Source of the DNA: Paraglomus brasilianum
Lineage: Eukaryota
Assembly (NCBI GenBank): GCA_910592345.1
Contig: CAJVPI010000275.1
Span: forward strand, 1-37,124
DNA length: 37,124 nt
Reading direction: 5' to 3'
The position numbers were made by a program, and so were the translations under genes. Numbering within the stretch: position 1 is the stretch's first letter; the number at the start of each line of letters is the position of its first letter. Below are positions 33,979-37,124 of the stretch, piece by piece. The notes below the pieces were generated by a model. That model had not been told where the DNA came from. It did no database searches and worked only from the letters and a program-made list of their open reading frames with translations.

Positions 33979-36900
33979 ATGTCGCAAACTAGTAGTAATA
34001 TTTTAGAAATTACTGAGGTCGAAACCCCCGAAAAACCACCTACTATAACGTCTTCCAACTCTGGAACACTCGCAGAAGACTACCAATCATCGGCAAACAC
34101 CAAATTCAAATCTCTTGACATTGTTAGTAATCTTCTTAAAATCTAGTTTCGTGCCTGTCACACGTTAACCAACAACAGTATATTCTTTAGGATGAGCACC
34201 TGTTGAACGCAGAACAAGTTGCCAGTCGATACAATGTCAACATCAACATTTCTAAACCCGCTAATTCAAATGGATTATCAACTGACGACGCCAAACAGCG
34301 TGTGATTGAAGAAGGACAAAACGTTCTAGCGCCGCAAAAGAAAACTCATCCTATCGTTAGATACTTGAAATGTTTGTGCGGCCCGTTCAATTTATTGTTA
34401 ATTGCCGCTGCAATCTTTGAGTATGCTGTGCTTGGTGTTGATTTCAAAGACAATAAGGCTAACGTAAGTTTACTATGCTTTGGCATATCCTAATCAAATT
34501 TTAATCACGTGTGACTAACTCGATGTATTTATTATACCTTTTAGATCTATCTTGGTGCCGTTCTATTTGGTGTTGCTTTCATTAACGCCTACATCGAAGT
34601 TTACCAACTACAGAAGTCTGCTGCAATTCTCGAGTCCTTTTTGAATATGATTCCACAAAAATGCATGGTACGACGAGATGGAAATTTGGTTCAAATTCTG
34701 GCTGCAAATCTTGTCCGCGGAGATGTGGTGTTTGTGAAGATGGGCGACAAAATTCCCGCCGATCTTCTCCTATTTGCTGCTACAGACATGAAAGTAGATA
34801 ATTCCTCCCTGACTGGCGAAGCAGAACCACAAGAACGAACAAATTTCAATATTCAGAAAAATCCACTAGAAGCCACCAACCTCTGTTTCAATGGCACAAT
34901 TGTAATCTCTGGAGAGGGCTATGGCATTGTCATTCGTACTGGGGAGAGTACCGTGTTGGGTCAGATTGCTAACTTGACTTCTAGAGAAAAGAAAAACAGA
35001 TCCCCATTGGCCCGCGAAACTGACGACCTCGTGAAAATTATATCAGGACTTGCCATAATCTCTGCTGTCGTGTTCTTCTTTTGCGGTCTGAAAGTATACA
35101 ACAACAACATTGCTCTTTCTCTCAATTTTGCCATGTCTGTGCTAGTTGCCTGGGTACCACAAGGTTTGCCAGCAACGGTAATGATGCTACTCACAGTCGC
35201 TGCCAAGCGCATGGGTAAACGAAACATATTAGTCAAAGATCTACAAAGCGTGGAAACATTAGGTGCTATTACTCTATTGGCTACTGATAAAACCGGCACT
35301 TTGACTAGAAGTCGAATGTTTCTCTCCTATATTTGGTCCGAATCGAAGTTACACACGACTTTCAAACATCAGAATGAATCCGTCGAACCATTCGACCCTG
35401 AAGCCGCCGGCAATCAAGAAATCGTTAATATTTCTATCCTATGTTCGCGTGTAAAATTCAATCGCACTGATATCCCATTCAGTGAGCGTGAAATCCTCGG
35501 CGCTCCAACGGAAACTGGTCTCGTTCAGTTTGCCAGTCAACACGTGTCCAATTATGATGAAGTCGTCGATGCCTATCCAACAGTTTTCGAAATTCCTTTC
35601 AACCCTAACCTCAAATGGGCTCTTTCGATTCACAAAAAGAAACACGCAAATGGCGAGTTGATTCTCTACATGAAAGGCGCTCCGGAACGCGTCCTTCGAC
35701 TTTGCTCCACTATATTTTTAGACGGCGTAGCAGTGCCATTGACAGATGAACATAAAGAACAGTTCCACGATATATACGAATTCATGGCATCGAAGGGTCA
35801 CCGTGTATTGGCTTTTGCACGGCTATCACTACCAGGCAGTCAATATCCAGCCGATTACAGTTTCACAAGGGATGAAGTAGATAACATACTGGGTAATCTG
35901 TGTTTTGTTGGCGTGGTTTCTCTCGAAGATCCTCCAAAGCATGGCGTCCGCGAAGCCATTGGTCGCTGTCGTACTGCGGGCATTCGCGTTATAATGATAA
36001 CCGGTGACCATCCTCTAACAGCCGAAGCTATTGCACGTAAAACCAATCTTATGCTATCTGATACAAAGGAGCAAGTAGCAAAGCGTACTGGACGACCAAT
36101 TGATTCCATTCATGAAGAGGAATACAAAGCAATTGTCATTCATGGAGAACAGATTGACACTTTGAGCGACTTTGAGTGGGATAATATATTTTCCAAGGAT
36201 GAAATTATTTTTGCCCGTACGTCACCTCGACACAAACTTGAGATTGTTAAGCGAGCTCAAAACATGGGACATATTGTGGGAGTAACCGGGGATGGTGTGA
36301 ATGATTCTCCTGCCCTCAAGAAAGCCGACCTGGGTATTTCTATGAATAATTCTGGCTCGGATGTATCGAAGGAGGCTGCTTCTATGATATTATTGGATGA
36401 TAATTTTGCGTCTACTATAAAAGGAATCGAAGAAGGTCGTCTAATTTTCATCAACCTTAAGAAATCTGTTCAGTATGTAATTACTCACTTGACCCCAGAA
36501 ATTTATGCTGTGCTCCTATTTGTTATCGTCCCTCTGCCATTGCCTCTGTCAGCCATTCAAATTTTGCTCATCGATTTGGGCTACGAATTATTTATTGCCA
36601 TGTCCTTTGCTTGGGACAAGCCAGAAGATGCTACGAAATTGATGAAGTTGGCTCCTCGAAGACCAGTCACGCCGAAAACCATACAAAATTTACGTCGACG
36701 CGCTCTCTTGCGTACACCTACTGTTACGGATCCTGAGACAGGATTGCCTCGGAAAACTTCCAAAGTGAACCGATTCTTTACGCAACTTAAAAAACCTGCA
36801 AATATAGAATGGTGGAAACAGATGTTTGAATTCAGCGGAGATGGAGAAGTTCTTGTTGACTGGAATATTTTAAGTTACGCTTACATAGAAGTCGGAGTTC

Positions 36901-37124
36901 TCGAAACATTATTCGCGTTATTGGCATACTTTGTTGTCTTGAATCACCACGGTATATCGCCAACTGATGCGCGCTTTATGCAGAAAGATGGTTCATATTT
37001 TCTCAGTAGTTCACCCGATTTCACAAATGCTCGTGGCGATACCATAACTGGGGATCAACAAGTCGAAGCTCTAAGCCAAGGACAGTCGATCTACTACCTC
37101 TCAATTATGATTCAGCAAATGTTT
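33979..37124 (+). CDS. P-type cation ATPase, Na+/K+-ATPase-like (P2C/ACU type); 3' end beyond the window
   Basis: Exons 33979-34122, 34191-34463, 34545->37124 (open to the window edge). DEH, GDKIPAD, VDNSSLTGE, DKTGTLT, MKGAPE, DPPK, MITGDHPLTA, FARTSP, TGDGVNDSPALKKAD, EEGRLIF.NLKKS and IDLG. Confidence 0.93.

Noticed and set aside
13094..37124. Search for U12-type (AT-AC or GTATCCTT) introns and for stop-codon recoding in the housekeeping genes
   Set aside because: All inferred introns are GT-AG without the minor-class donor, and all apparent stops fall in introns.

Overview
AT-rich, intron-containing eukaryotic genomic DNA. Gene families and style point to an early-diverging fungus, most likely an arbuscular-mycorrhizal (Glomeromycota) species; this is inference, not a database result. 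The 13-28 kb core holds spliced housekeeping genes: TM9SF/EMP70, ALG8, Pol III subunit RPC4/RPC53, a divergent augmin subunit 7-like gene and a SMG6/EST1-family PIN nuclease. A Na+/K+-type (P2C/ACU-like) P-type ATPase runs off the right end. The accessory flanks (1-12.5 kb, 28-31.5 kb) hold a two-exon Crinkler-type NTPase plus restriction-endonuclease-fold gene, two F-box genes, several pogo-like TA-flanked MITEs and remnants, a perfect 52-bp hairpin, a pair of ~200-bp inverted repeats and decayed pseudogenes. Best leads: (1) a decayed ORF that reads through TGA as Trp and looks like Mollicutes-endosymbiont DNA; (2) an augmin-7-like protein apparently lacking the N-terminal CH domain; (3) a potential recursive/poison splice site in SMG6; (4) PQGL in place of PEGL in the ATPase; (5) MITE copies whose two TIRs co-vary. 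No prokaryotic operon, CRISPR array, rRNA or tRNA was found. Exon structures were derived by hand and family assignments come from recalled motifs, not from searches.
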